Origin: Gemmatimonadota bacterium
Lineage (GTDB): Bacteria; Gemmatimonadota; Gemmatimonadetes; Gemmatimonadales; Gemmatimonadaceae
Reading direction: 5' to 3'
DNA length: 64,000 nt
NCBI GenBank assembly: GCA_040389905.1
Contig: JAZJZK010000023.1
Coordinates: forward strand, 160,407-224,406
Part shown: piece by piece, positions 48,571 to 57,786 of the stretch
Position numbering within the stretch: the stretch's first letter is position 1
Layout: every line of letters starts with the position of its first letter
Translations under genes and position numbers: made by a program
Notes under the pieces: model-generated
The model's database searches: none
Seen by the model: only the letters and a program-made list of their open reading frames with translations
Told to the model about the DNA's origin: nothing

Positions 48571-49218
48571 ATGGATCCTCACGCGAATCAACCCGTCGTG
48601 CACGCTGGCGCGCCTGTCGAGAGCGCCGATGCGGTCATGGTCATGGTGCACGGCCGAGGCGCTGGACCCAATGGCATCTTGAGTCTTGTCGCACCACTCG
48701 GCCGCCCGCGCTTTGCGTACCTCGCTCCCTCCGCCTCCGGCGGCACCTGGTATCCATTCAGCTTCATGTCGCCGCGCGAGCAGAACGAACCCGGTCTCAG
48801 TTCGGCGCTCGGTGTGCTCGACGCGCTCGTGGTCGGACTGCTCGAACGCGGGATTCCGTCGGAGAAGATCGTGCTCCTTGGATTCTCGCAGGGCGCGTGT
48901 CTCGCGTCGGAGTTCACGCTTCGGCATCCTCGGCGATATGGTGGCCTCCTGGCGTTGAGCGGTGGATTGATCGGGCCTCCGGGCACGACGTGGGACGACG
49001 TCACCGGCTCGCTGCACGGCGTTCCCGTGTTCCTCGGTTGCAGTGATGTCGACGGGCATATCCCGAAGGAGCGCGTGATCGAGAGCGAGGCGGTGTTCAA
49101 ACGACTCGGCGCGCGCGTTAAGCGGACGCTATACCCGGGCATGGGTCATCTCGTGAACGAGGACGAGATCGCCGAGGTGCAGGCCGTGATGGACGCGGTG
49201 TCGATTACGACGCCATGA
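48571..49218 (+). CDS. phospholipase/carboxylesterase (MhqD-like)
   Basis: VHGRG, WYPFSF, GFSQGA, SDVDGHIP, GMGH. Confidence 0.9.
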   Translation: MDPHANQPVVHAGAPVESADAVMVMVHGRGAGPNGILSLVAPLGRPRFAYLAPSASGGTWYPFSFMSPREQNEPGLSSALGVLDALVVGLLERGIPSEKIVLLGFSQGACLASEFTLRHPRRYGGLLALSGGLIGPPGTTWDDVTGSLHGVPVFLGCSDVDGHIPKERVIESEAVFKRLGARVKRTLYPGMGHLVNEDEIAEVQAVMDAVSITTP

Positions 49219-50249
49219 GCGACCGATCCAGCCGCGCAACGCACCTGTTCTTCGGCGGTGACGCAGCGACCCACCTCCCCCGCGTCCTCGCAATCCTCGG
49301 CGCCGAGCGCGCGTTCGTCGTGACGACCGGAGGGCGATCCGCCGCAATGATCTCGCCGGCAGAGATACTTGGCGAGTCACTCTGCGATGTGTTCAGCGAC
49401 GCGCGCGAGCACGTACCGGTGGACACCGTGGCCGCGGCGCTCGCTCGTTTCGATACCGCGCGCGCCGACGTTTGCATCGCCATCGGTGGCGGGTCTGCCA
49501 TTGGACTCGGAAAGGCGATCGCGCGAGCGCGAATCGTTCCACTCGTTGCAGTACCGACGACGTACTCTGGATCGGAGATGACGTCGATCTGGGGCGAAAC
49601 GAGCGCGAACGGAAAGATCACGGGGCGCGATCCTGCGGCAAAGCCTCGGGTGGTCATTTACGATATCGCGCTCACTTTCGGGCTACCGGCTGATGTGAGC
49701 GCCGCGAGCGGCATGAACGCGATCGCGCACGCAGTGGAGGCGATGTACGCCGGAAATGCGACGGACACGACGCGCGACGAGGCGGCGGAATCCGTACGAT
49801 TGCTGAGCAGTAGCCTTCCTGCCATCATCGTGAATGGGGCCGATGCTCTTGCGCGCAAAATGGCGTTCGAGGGCGCGCATCTCGCCGGCAAGCTACTCGA
49901 CGCAACATCGATGGGACTGCACCATCGGATTTGTCATGTCCTCGGTGGAAGCTTTAGGCTGCCACATGCGCGCACCCACGCGTGTGTGCTTCCACACGTG
50001 GTGTCGTTCAATGCGCCCGCCGCCCTCGATGCGATGACGCGCCTCGGCGCCGCGATTGGGAACGCCGACGTCGCCGCCGGTCTCGCTGCGCTCAATCGCA
50101 CGTTGGGTCTGACTGCGACGCTCGGCGATCTCGGTCTGCGCAGCAGCGATGTGGAGCGGGCGGCCGACGAAGTTACCGCGACGCCCTACCCGAACCCGAG
50201 GCCTTTCTCACGCGAGGACATCCGCGCGATCCTCATGGGCGCACTGTAG
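49215..50249 (+). CDS. maleylacetate reductase (iron-containing ADH family)
   Basis: GGGSAIGLGKA, PTTYSGSEMT, GMNAIAHAVE, MGLHHRICHVLGG, LPHARTH. Confidence 0.9.
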   Translation: MSDRSSRATHLFFGGDAATHLPRVLAILGAERAFVVTTGGRSAAMISPAEILGESLCDVFSDAREHVPVDTVAAALARFDTARADVCIAIGGGSAIGLGKAIARARIVPLVAVPTTYSGSEMTSIWGETSANGKITGRDPAAKPRVVIYDIALTFGLPADVSAASGMNAIAHAVEAMYAGNATDTTRDEAAESVRLLSSSLPAIIVNGADALARKMAFEGAHLAGKLLDATSMGLHHRICHVLGGSFRLPHARTHACVLPHVVSFNAPAALDAMTRLGAAIGNADVAAGLAALNRTLGLTATLGDLGLRSSDVERAADEVTATPYPNPRPFSREDIRAILMGAL

Positions 50250-51186
50250 CGCCACGCGAGAGCCGAGCTGCAACCATACGACGAAAGGTCCCGTCTTCCA
50301 GGTATTTTTTGAGATGCTGCCCAGGGCAACCTGTGTCGGCATAGTTGTAATGCCCGCCGATCTTGTCGAGTGGCAGATCGAACTCCTTCAGCGCCCACGC
50401 CATCAGGTCGGCGATCGACTCCAATAGCGCGGGGGTCGGCTCCTGTCGCTCATAGTTGCCGATGATACTGATGAGAAAATGGCCGCCGGGGTCATACGCC
50501 GTGTTCGTCTCGCCCATGTAGTGCCAATCACGTCCCTCGTAGATCTGCCCTTCGAGCCCGAGGAGGTAGTGATACGGGAGATCCCACCAATTGCGATCTC
50601 GCGCGCCCCACGTGAAGAGCGCGCGGAGTTTTGCGGCCGGATCATCGGTTGGCTTGAGGGGCTGCGCGTCTCCCGTGTGATGCAGCGTGACGTGCGTGAT
50701 GCGATGTGCAATGCGCAACCGCATGTCCGCGCCGCCGGCGCTGTCGGATGATGCGACGCGCGGCGGAAGCGACGCAACGGTGGCCACCTCCATCGCGACG
50801 AGGCCAGCGCCGAGCTCACCCGGTCCGTAGATCGCGACCACCGCGACGTGGTATCCTTGCCAGTTGAAGGCCGCACCCTCGCGCACGACGCGCTCATCTT
50901 TCACGTCGCCGAGCGCGAGACGCAATCGCGCGATGTCGACAGGCTTGGCGCCGCTCGAGTCGACGCTCGTCGACAGGACGGTCACCAGAAGTTCCCGAAA
51001 AGCGAGCGAATCGCCCGCGCGCTTGTTGCGACGCGCCGCGTCCGCGGCGTAGCCGAGCGGCGGCTCGGACTGCCACTGCGCGTGCGGGATGATGGGCGGC
51101 CGAGGAACCGACTCCGGAACGTGTCGCGGCGAACAACCGAGCGCGAATGCAGCGGTGAGCGCGGCCAACGGGCGATAGAAGGTCAT
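50233..51186 (-). CDS. type 2 N-acetylmuramoyl-L-alanine amidase / PGRP-like lipoprotein
   Basis: lipobox ALGC; VTLHHT, DLPYHY, IYEGR, GHYNYADTGCPG. Confidence 0.85.
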   Translation of the reverse strand: MTFYRPLAALTAAFALGCSPRHVPESVPRPPIIPHAQWQSEPPLGYAADAARRNKRAGDSLAFRELLVTVLSTSVDSSGAKPVDIARLRLALGDVKDERVVREGAAFNWQGYHVAVVAIYGPGELGAGLVAMEVATVASLPPRVASSDSAGGADMRLRIAHRITHVTLHHTGDAQPLKPTDDPAAKLRALFTWGARDRNWWDLPYHYLLGLEGQIYEGRDWHYMGETNTAYDPGGHFLISIIGNYERQEPTPALLESIADLMAWALKEFDLPLDKIGGHYNYADTGCPGQHLKKYLEDGTFRRMVAARLSRGATVRP

Positions 51187-51261
51187 GTAACCGACGATAA
51201 CACACGAGCCCGTGTCTCCGTCAGTTCGGATCTTCCTTTTTTAAGTTACTTGCATAGTATG

Positions 51262-51284
51262 CATGTACAATCGACATGTACATG
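51262..51284. promoter_or_regulatory. putative TA autorepression operator
   Basis: CATGTACA-N7-TGTACATG inverted repeat in an AT-rich patch just upstream of the antitoxin ATG; overlaps TACAAT. Confidence 0.6.
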
Positions 51285-51297
51285 AGGCTCGAGTCGC

Positions 51298-51600
51298 ATG
51301 GCCGACAAACCGAAGCGCGTCCGGGAACAAGCGGTCGTCTACCTGGACGAGCGCGATAGCGCACTGCTCGATGCGGTGGCGCAAAAGACAGGGTTGGCAA
51401 AAACCGAGCTTTTCCGTCGCGGGCTGCGCCGTCTTGCAGAGGAGATGTTGTCGGGGCCCAAAGCGGGCTCGTCTCTCGCATATCTCATTGCTACCGCCAC
51501 CGACGACGCTCCTTCCGATATCGCGGAGCGCCACGATTTCTACCTGTACGGCGGGGGATACGAAGCGCTGAAGAAAGGCAAGCGTGCGCGTCCTCGTTGA
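51298..51600 (+). CDS. ribbon-helix-helix antitoxin (VapB-like)
   Basis: QAVVYLDERDSALLDAVAQKTGLAKTELFRRGLR; DIAERHDFYLYG tail. Confidence 0.82.
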   Translation: MADKPKRVREQAVVYLDERDSALLDAVAQKTGLAKTELFRRGLRRLAEEMLSGPKAGSSLAYLIATATDDAPSDIAERHDFYLYGGGYEALKKGKRARPR

Positions 51601-51994
51601 TACGAGTGCGCTGCTCGCACTGTGCATGCGACGCGACCAATACCATGCGCGCGCGGTCAAAGTCGCCACGCGTCATGTCGCTGAGGGCGGGAGGTATCTT
51701 GGCACGACGGCAATACTCAGCGAGCTGTACTCCCATTTGTTGTACTTGAAGGGACCCGTGAATGCGAATGCAGTTCTGTCTCAGCTTCTCGATGATCCCA
51801 TTCATGAATGGAAGGACGTGTCTGTCGCGCTCGTCCGTGAAGCGCAAGCGAGATGGCTCGCGCGATTCAACGACCAGAGCTTCTCACTCGTGGATGCGGT
51901 GAGTTTCGAACTCATGCGCCGTGAGCGCGTGAGCCGCGCCTTTGCCTTCGACAAGCACTTCGAAGTCGCGGGCTTCGAGTTGTGCGAGCCGTAA
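51584..51994 (+). CDS. PIN domain toxin (VapC-like)
   Basis: VLVDTSAL, ILSE, SLVDAVSF, AFDKHF. Confidence 0.92.
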   Translation: MRVLVDTSALLALCMRRDQYHARAVKVATRHVAEGGRYLGTTAILSELYSHLLYLKGPVNANAVLSQLLDDPIHEWKDVSVALVREAQARWLARFNDQSFSLVDAVSFELMRRERVSRAFAFDKHFEVAGFELCEP

Positions 51995-52861
51995 GGGCAC
52001 GCTGGCATACGCGGACCGCCGCCACACGACCACCGCGGCAGCCAGCGCACCGAGGGAAGGAAGAATCCCGAAGTCACCCACGAAGAAGTGGCTGTGCGGT
52101 GACATCACGGCCAGCGGATCGAGCACGTCCTGCACGGCGATATTCTGCGTCGCGTGCAGCATTGCTGCCGGCCAGACGCTTCCCGAGGCAACGCGGATCC
52201 ACGCGCAGAGTACCGCCGCCGACATCACGAACGTCGTGAACGAGAGCACGTCGACCCACCGCGCCCCCTCGCCATGGAAGTCCGCAAACAGGATGATCGG
52301 TAGGTGCCAGAGCGCCCACACGCAGCCGCTGATGAGCGCCGTGGCGCGAAAGGACGTGATTCGCGCCAGCTCCGGTACCAGGTAGCCGCGCCACCCGATC
52401 TCTTCACCCAGGGCAGAGGCCAACGCTGGCGCCAATCCGACCGTCACCGTGAGCATCCCGAAGGCACCAACCACGATCGGCACTGGTGCTCCCGTCCACC
52501 CGAAATCGGTGGCGATGGATGCCACTGTGCGGTGGTTTGGGAAACCGATCACGCCGATTGACCAGGCCAATGAGTACACCGCGATGGAGAACCCGATCGG
52601 GAGCGCCCACGCCGCGATCTGGAACCGCCACGGCCAATGCCATCCGATCTCGGAGAGGGGCCGGCGGCGCAGTCTGGATACGACGAGCGCGGCGATCCCC
52701 GGGCACCACATTCCGGCTTGCACAAAGAGCCAACGCCCAGTGGCCAAGTGGCCCGAGTGCAGAATGAGGGTAGCAAAGACGGCCGCGAGTGCCGCCGTCA
52801 AGGCGAGAAATGCGAGAATGCCGCTGATCGTCGAGCGAGTGGTAGGCTCCACTTCCGCCAT
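51884..52861 (-). CDS. CPBP family (Abi/CAAX) intramembrane metalloprotease
   Basis: GEEIGWRG, WALWHLP, SVWPAAMLHATQN; 3' end overlaps the toxin gene. Confidence 0.9.
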   Translation of the reverse strand: MAEVEPTTRSTISGILAFLALTAALAAVFATLILHSGHLATGRWLFVQAGMWCPGIAALVVSRLRRRPLSEIGWHWPWRFQIAAWALPIGFSIAVYSLAWSIGVIGFPNHRTVASIATDFGWTGAPVPIVVGAFGMLTVTVGLAPALASALGEEIGWRGYLVPELARITSFRATALISGCVWALWHLPIILFADFHGEGARWVDVLSFTTFVMSAAVLCAWIRVASGSVWPAAMLHATQNIAVQDVLDPLAVMSPHSHFFVGDFGILPSLGALAAAVVVWRRSAYASVPLRLAQLEARDFEVLVEGKGAAHALTAHEFETHRIHE

Positions 52862-53037
52862 CCGCGGTTCAGTGAGACGACGGGTGTGGGGGTGACCAGA
52901 CGGCGGCAACGTACAACTTCACGGTTGGGGTCGCCAGAACCGCTGCGTCGCACATCGTCGCGACGGCACGCGCATGGCCCGAGGGTTTGGGTTTACAGCA
53001 GCGCCCATGGCCGATAGAATTCCCATGGTCGATCGCA

Positions 53038-53634
53038 ATGGCCCTCATGCGCACTCTTGTTCGCTCGGCAATACTCTCGGGGTTCGCTGCCGTCGCAGCA
53101 GCGGCGCAGACGAAGCAGGATTTCGTGCCGCGCGATCCGTATTTGGCGAGCGTGCGCGCCGCACTCGACAAGTATCAGGATCCCGTCGCAGCGGTGCACG
53201 ACGGATACTTCTCGACGCTGGGTTGCGTCGATTACCCGAAGGGCGGCAGCGGACACGACGAGATGGCGTACAAGCCCGGCGGCATGGGCGTGCATTTTCT
53301 CAACCCCGCGCTCATCGGTCCCAAGCTCGATCCGCTCAAGCCGCAAATTCTAATTTATGAGCCGGTCGGTAATCGATTGCGCCTGGTCGCGGCGGAATGG
53401 TTCGTCCCCACGGCGGTCTCGAAGGTGGCGCCGTCGATATTCGGAAACAAGCTGAATGGGCCGATGGAAGGACACGCACCGGTGCTGCCCGTCGAGTTGC
53501 ACCACTGGGACCTGCACGTGTGGCTGTGGAAGGAGAATCCCAACGGCATGCTGCACGCGACGAATTCGACGGTCAAATGCCCCGACGGGCCCTACACGTT
53601 TCACGAAGCAGCGACGAAGATCGTGAAGCCGTAA
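53038..53634 (+). CDS. hypothetical secreted protein with His/Met motifs
   Basis: signal peptide; GGMGVHFLN, PQILIYEP, HWDLHVWLWKENPNG. Confidence 0.8.
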   Translation: MALMRTLVRSAILSGFAAVAAAAQTKQDFVPRDPYLASVRAALDKYQDPVAAVHDGYFSTLGCVDYPKGGSGHDEMAYKPGGMGVHFLNPALIGPKLDPLKPQILIYEPVGNRLRLVAAEWFVPTAVSKVAPSIFGNKLNGPMEGHAPVLPVELHHWDLHVWLWKENPNGMLHATNSTVKCPDGPYTFHEAATKIVKP

Positions 53635-53640
53635 CGCCGT

Positions 53641-54432
53641 CTAGCCGCGCGATGCTGGTGAAGCCAACCGTTCGATCGCCTGTAACCCCTCGTCGCCGAT
53701 GTCGAGGCTGAAGGCGTTCACATAGAGCGCGATGTGCTGCGCCTGAACGGTTTCGGACATCTCCTGCGCGTTTGCGCGCACGTAGCCAGCGCTCGCCTCC
53801 GGATGGTCGAAGGCATACTGAACCGACGCACGAATCGCACGCTCGGCCGCGAGCAGCGTGTCGGCATCGAGATCGCCGCGCGCACAGATGCCGGCGAGTG
53901 GCACGGGCAATCCCGTTTCGGCGGTCCACCATTCGCCCAGATCCGCGGCCTTCGACAAACCGTGCTCGGCGTAGGTGAAACGACTCTCGTGGATAATGAG
54001 CCCGGCATCGACGTCGCCGTCGCGGACCGCGCTCAGGATGCGGTCGTAGCGCAACTCCACGACATGGCCAAGCCCCGGCGCGGCGAGTCGCAGCAGGCTG
54101 AACGCCGTGGTCTCTCGGCCCGGTATGGCGATGCGTCCGCGCACGGCGTCCGCGAGCGACATCGGTGTTCGAGTGACCACGAGCGGTCCGACACCCTCGC
54201 CAAGCGCGGCACCGCTCCGAAGCAGGCGATAGCGGTTGCCAACGGCAGCGAAGGCACCGACGCTCAGCTTCGTCAGGTCGAACTCGGCATGGTGTGCTCG
54301 GCGATTCAGTTCCTCGATGTCGAGCAGGACCGGTTTGATGCGAAACGGCGCCTCGACGAGGCCGAACGTCAGCGCATGAAACGCGAACGTGTCGTTGGGG
54401 CAGGGAGAGTAGCCGAAGGTCAGCTCGCGCAT
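53641..54432 (-). CDS. mqnD: 1,4-dihydroxy-6-naphthoate synthase
   Basis: GYSPCPNDTF, DIEELN, GLIIHESRFTY, HIALYVN. Confidence 0.95.
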   Translation of the reverse strand: MRELTFGYSPCPNDTFAFHALTFGLVEAPFRIKPVLLDIEELNRRAHHAEFDLTKLSVGAFAAVGNRYRLLRSGAALGEGVGPLVVTRTPMSLADAVRGRIAIPGRETTAFSLLRLAAPGLGHVVELRYDRILSAVRDGDVDAGLIIHESRFTYAEHGLSKAADLGEWWTAETGLPVPLAGICARGDLDADTLLAAERAIRASVQYAFDHPEASAGYVRANAQEMSETVQAQHIALYVNAFSLDIGDEGLQAIERLASPASRG

Positions 54433-55001
54433 CAAATGCCTTTCAGTAGCTGGGCGACGAGTGCCGGCGTCGCGTTCGTGATCGCGGCAAAGGCCGCCTC
54501 GAAACTCCACCGCGCGCGATCAGCTTCCTCGATTTCGTTCGAGATCGCGCGGATTTCGATGGCCGGAACGCCTGCCATCTGTGCGGCACGAAGGACACCG
54601 AATCCTTCCATCGCTTCGACGTCGCAGCCAGATGTCCCACCGACGTTGGCACTCGTGCCGATCGGCAACAGGGAGGCCGCAGGAAGCGCGCGCTGCGCTG
54701 CAGACACGAGCGTCGCGGGAGCAACGATCGTGTTTGGTGCCCATTCCACCGGAACACGCAGGTCGCAGTAGCGTGACTCGGAGCCGATCACGAGCGAGCA
54801 CGGGAGCAGTGCGCGATGGAGCCGCGCGCCCGCAATGCCCACGTGCACGATGAGGGACGGACGCTCCCGTGCGATCTCCGCCGCGGTCGCTGCGGCCGCT
54901 TCCACGGGCCCGACTCCACAGAGGAGTGTGCGCCATCCGCTCGGCGTCGCGAGCTCGCGTGCGGTCGCTGCAACTACGAGTATGCGATTCTGCGGGTCCA
55001 T
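54432..55001 (-). CDS. mqnB: futalosine hydrolase (PNP/MTA nucleosidase fold)
   Basis: GVGPVEAA, VGIAG, VEAMEGFG, EIRAISN; coupled to mqnD. Confidence 0.85.
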   Translation of the reverse strand: MDPQNRILVVAATARELATPSGWRTLLCGVGPVEAAAATAAEIARERPSLIVHVGIAGARLHRALLPCSLVIGSESRYCDLRVPVEWAPNTIVAPATLVSAAQRALPAASLLPIGTSANVGGTSGCDVEAMEGFGVLRAAQMAGVPAIEIRAISNEIEEADRARWSFEAAFAAITNATPALVAQLLKGI

Positions 55002-55087
55002 TGAGGATGAAGAATAACAGACGATCGGCGTGTAGATGAACAGCGGTGGGGAAGTGCGTCGAGGACGGCGTTGATCGGAGGGATTAT

Positions 55088-55259
55088 CGGATTTGACGGA
55101 TTCAACGGATCGACACGGATCGTCCGATGCAAACGCTGGCCGCCGGAGTACGACACTCTCTCCAAGAACATCAAAGAAACTGAATAATGGTATTTCGCAC
55201 ACGACGGCATGACTGCACTCAGGATTGATCCGAAAAACCCGTAGAATCCGTCAAATCTG
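55088..55259. repeat. long imperfect inverted repeat, family C
   Basis: CGGATTTGACGGATTCAACGGATCGACACGGATC pairs with GATCCGAAAAACCCGTAGAATCCGTCAAATCTG. Confidence 0.85.
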
Positions 55260-55292
55260 CTTCATTGTCAGTTCATGCTGTCATCGATATTC

Positions 55293-55324
55293 AGACCCTC
55301 GACCCATTGGCTCGCTCGGGGTGA
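55293..55324. repeat. degenerate REP-like palindrome
   Basis: AGACCCTCGACCCATTGGCTCGCTCGGGGTGA resembles the 7466 copy. Confidence 0.6.
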
Positions 55325-55421
55325 GGTTTTCGTGATCCGATTTTCGCGGTGCGCGGCACTGGCTCCGGCTGCATCCGCGCTCCATCATTGAGCAATGTGC
55401 GCCACCCGTCAGATCGTCTCA

Positions 55422-55883
55422 ATGTCGCGAGGAATCCTCCTGATCGCCTGTCTCGGTGCAACTGTCGCGGCGCGCCCCGATCGCCGCATCGTCGACCGGA
55501 TCATCATTGGCGACGCACGCAGCGAGCAGGAGCATTCCTACGCCGGCGACGATGTGACCTCGGGAATCGCGAATGGTGTGGCGTTTCGCCAGGCCCGCGG
55601 ATGGATACGTTACGCGCTCACCGTGTTCGATGACACCGAGGTTACCATCGCCTGCAAATTCCTCGGCAACGCAGCGACGCCGCAGGTGTTCGATGTCATC
55701 GTCGAAAACCAGATCGTTGCCTCGCACACATTTCGTTCAGCGGAACCGGCAACACTCGAATTTCGCATTCCTCTCGCGTTCACGAGAGGACACACGAACA
55801 TCATGGTGATGCTCCGCGCAACCAATGGTAGTACCACGCCAGCGTTGTACGAGCTCCGCAGCGTGCAAGACCACAACGAGTAG
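55422..55883 (+). CDS. hypothetical secreted beta-sandwich protein resembling the C-terminal module of GH127 enzymes
   Basis: signal peptide; IVDRIIIGDARSEQEH...FRQARGWIRYAL...FDVIVENQ. Confidence 0.65.
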   Translation: MSRGILLIACLGATVAARPDRRIVDRIIIGDARSEQEHSYAGDDVTSGIANGVAFRQARGWIRYALTVFDDTEVTIACKFLGNAATPQVFDVIVENQIVASHTFRSAEPATLEFRIPLAFTRGHTNIMVMLRATNGSTTPALYELRSVQDHNE

Positions 55884-55916
55884 TAACATCCTTCACGGAT
55901 TCCAGGATACATCACC

Positions 55917-57695
55917 ATGAAAGTTCGTTTTGCGCTTCTCGCTACCCTGCTTGTTGTCGCCGTCAGCGGCGGCGTGACCGCCCAGACGTCCACATCGCCC
56001 ACCGCCGCCGCCGTCCAGAAGAAATGGCCGCTCACGCGACCCGAATTGACGGGCTTCGCCGAGACGAGCCGGTATGAGGAGGTGGTGGCGTTCATGAAGC
56101 AGATGGCGGCCATTTCGCCGAAGATCCACCTCACGACGTACGGCTACACCTACGAAGGGCGGCCCCTTCCGCTCGCGGTCATCGGCGCGGCAGGCGCAAC
56201 ACCGGAACAGGTGCTCGCCACCAAAAAGACCCGCGTCTACATCCAGGGCAACATCCACGCAGGTGAAGTCGAGGGAAAGGAAGCGCTCCTCTGGCTGCTG
56301 CGTTCGATCGCCAAGGGTGAGCGGAACAACTGGCTCGACGAGATGGTGCTGCTCATCAACCCCATCTACAACGCCGACGGAAACGAGCGCGTCAACGTCA
56401 CCAACCGTGGCAGCCAGAATGGTCCGTACGGTGGGATGGGCACACGCGAGAATGCGCTGGGACTCGATCTGAATCGCGACGGCACGAAGATGGAAACGGC
56501 CGAAGCCCGCTCGCTCGCACGGATGATGACGCAGTACGATCCACACGTCGCCATCGACCTCCACACGACGGATGGCAGTTCGAACAGCGGCTTCCAGATG
56601 ACGTACGAGACCTCGCTCAACCCGAATGATTCCAAGGCGACGTCGAGCCTGCTGCGCGACGTCCTGCTTCCCACGATCACGAAGGCCGTGAAGGAGAAGC
56701 ACGGCGAAAGCTGGTGGTACTACGGCGGCGTCTCCGGCACTGGCGACGACCGCGCGTGGCGCTCCGACGCCGAGCTGGCGAAGCCGAGATACACCTCGAC
56801 GTACTTCGGTGTGCGCAACAAGCTGGGTCTCCTCACGGAGACGTATTCGTACGCGTCGTTTCAGGACCGCATCGACAACACCTACTGGTTCCTCGAGGAG
56901 ACACTCGGCTTCGTCGCGAAGAATGGCGAGACCGTGCGCAAGGCGGTTGCGACGGCGGAAGCCGAGTCGGTCATCGGCAAGCAGCTGGCCGTGCGCCAGC
57001 AGTTGATCAAGGCTCCCGATCTCAAACGAATCGTCTTTGCGCCGACCACCTCAGAACGCAATCCGTACGTCGCCGACCGGCCGTATCGCGCGCGCGTCAA
57101 GGGCGGCGAGACAACCGAGATGCTACCGTTCTACGGAACGACCGAGCCGACCGAGTCGAGTCTTGCACCGCGGGCGTGGATCATTCCCAACCTGTCGTCT
57201 CCCGCGCCAGAGCAACCGGCGGCGGCACCTGGCGGCGGCGGGCGTGGCGCCGGCGGTCGCGGTGGAGCGGGCGGTGGAGGCGGCGGTTTCGGGGGACGCG
57301 GCGCAATTGGCTCGCCGGCTGCACGACTCATCGCGAGCGTATCCGATCGACTCGAGGCACACGGCATCAAGTACACGCGCACCAGCAGCGAAATGACCGT
57401 GAAGGGCGAGCAGTATCGCATCGCCACCAATACGCTGGCGGAACGTGAATATCAGGGCACGCACAAAATGCGGACGCTTACCGGTGCGTGGGAGGCGACG
57501 ACGCAGACGTTGCCCGCCGGTTCGCTCATCATTCAGATGGACCAACCGCTCGCCCGGCTCGCGTTCATCCTGTTCGATCCGCGCTCCGACGACGGCTTCA
57601 TGGCCTGGAACATTCTCGACGCGGTCCTCGCCGGCACGCCGGCACCGGCGATTTACCCGGTGCTGCGCACGATGGAGGCAGTCGCGCCGAGATGA
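55917..57695 (+). CDS. M14 family zinc carboxypeptidase, secreted
   Basis: GNIHAGEVEGKE, NPIYNADGNE, DLNRD, IDLHTT; Gly-rich low-complexity insert. Confidence 0.92.
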   Translation: MKVRFALLATLLVVAVSGGVTAQTSTSPTAAAVQKKWPLTRPELTGFAETSRYEEVVAFMKQMAAISPKIHLTTYGYTYEGRPLPLAVIGAAGATPEQVLATKKTRVYIQGNIHAGEVEGKEALLWLLRSIAKGERNNWLDEMVLLINPIYNADGNERVNVTNRGSQNGPYGGMGTRENALGLDLNRDGTKMETAEARSLARMMTQYDPHVAIDLHTTDGSSNSGFQMTYETSLNPNDSKATSSLLRDVLLPTITKAVKEKHGESWWYYGGVSGTGDDRAWRSDAELAKPRYTSTYFGVRNKLGLLTETYSYASFQDRIDNTYWFLEETLGFVAKNGETVRKAVATAEAESVIGKQLAVRQQLIKAPDLKRIVFAPTTSERNPYVADRPYRARVKGGETTEMLPFYGTTEPTESSLAPRAWIIPNLSSPAPEQPAAAPGGGGRGAGGRGGAGGGGGGFGGRGAIGSPAARLIASVSDRLEAHGIKYTRTSSEMTVKGEQYRIATNTLAEREYQGTHKMRTLTGAWEATTQTLPAGSLIIQMDQPLARLAFILFDPRSDDGFMAWNILDAVLAGTPAPAIYPVLRTMEAVAPR

Positions 57696-57786
57696 CCGTG
57701 CGAGCTACGGGCCGTCCCTGAAGCCGCGTGCGTGGGTTTTCGGACCCACGCGCGTCTTCTTCCGGACACTGTAGAACGGGAGAGGA

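Noticed and set aside
57231..57300. Gly/Arg-rich low-complexity tract in the M14 peptidase
   Set aside because: In-frame flexible linker with no evidence of a separate element
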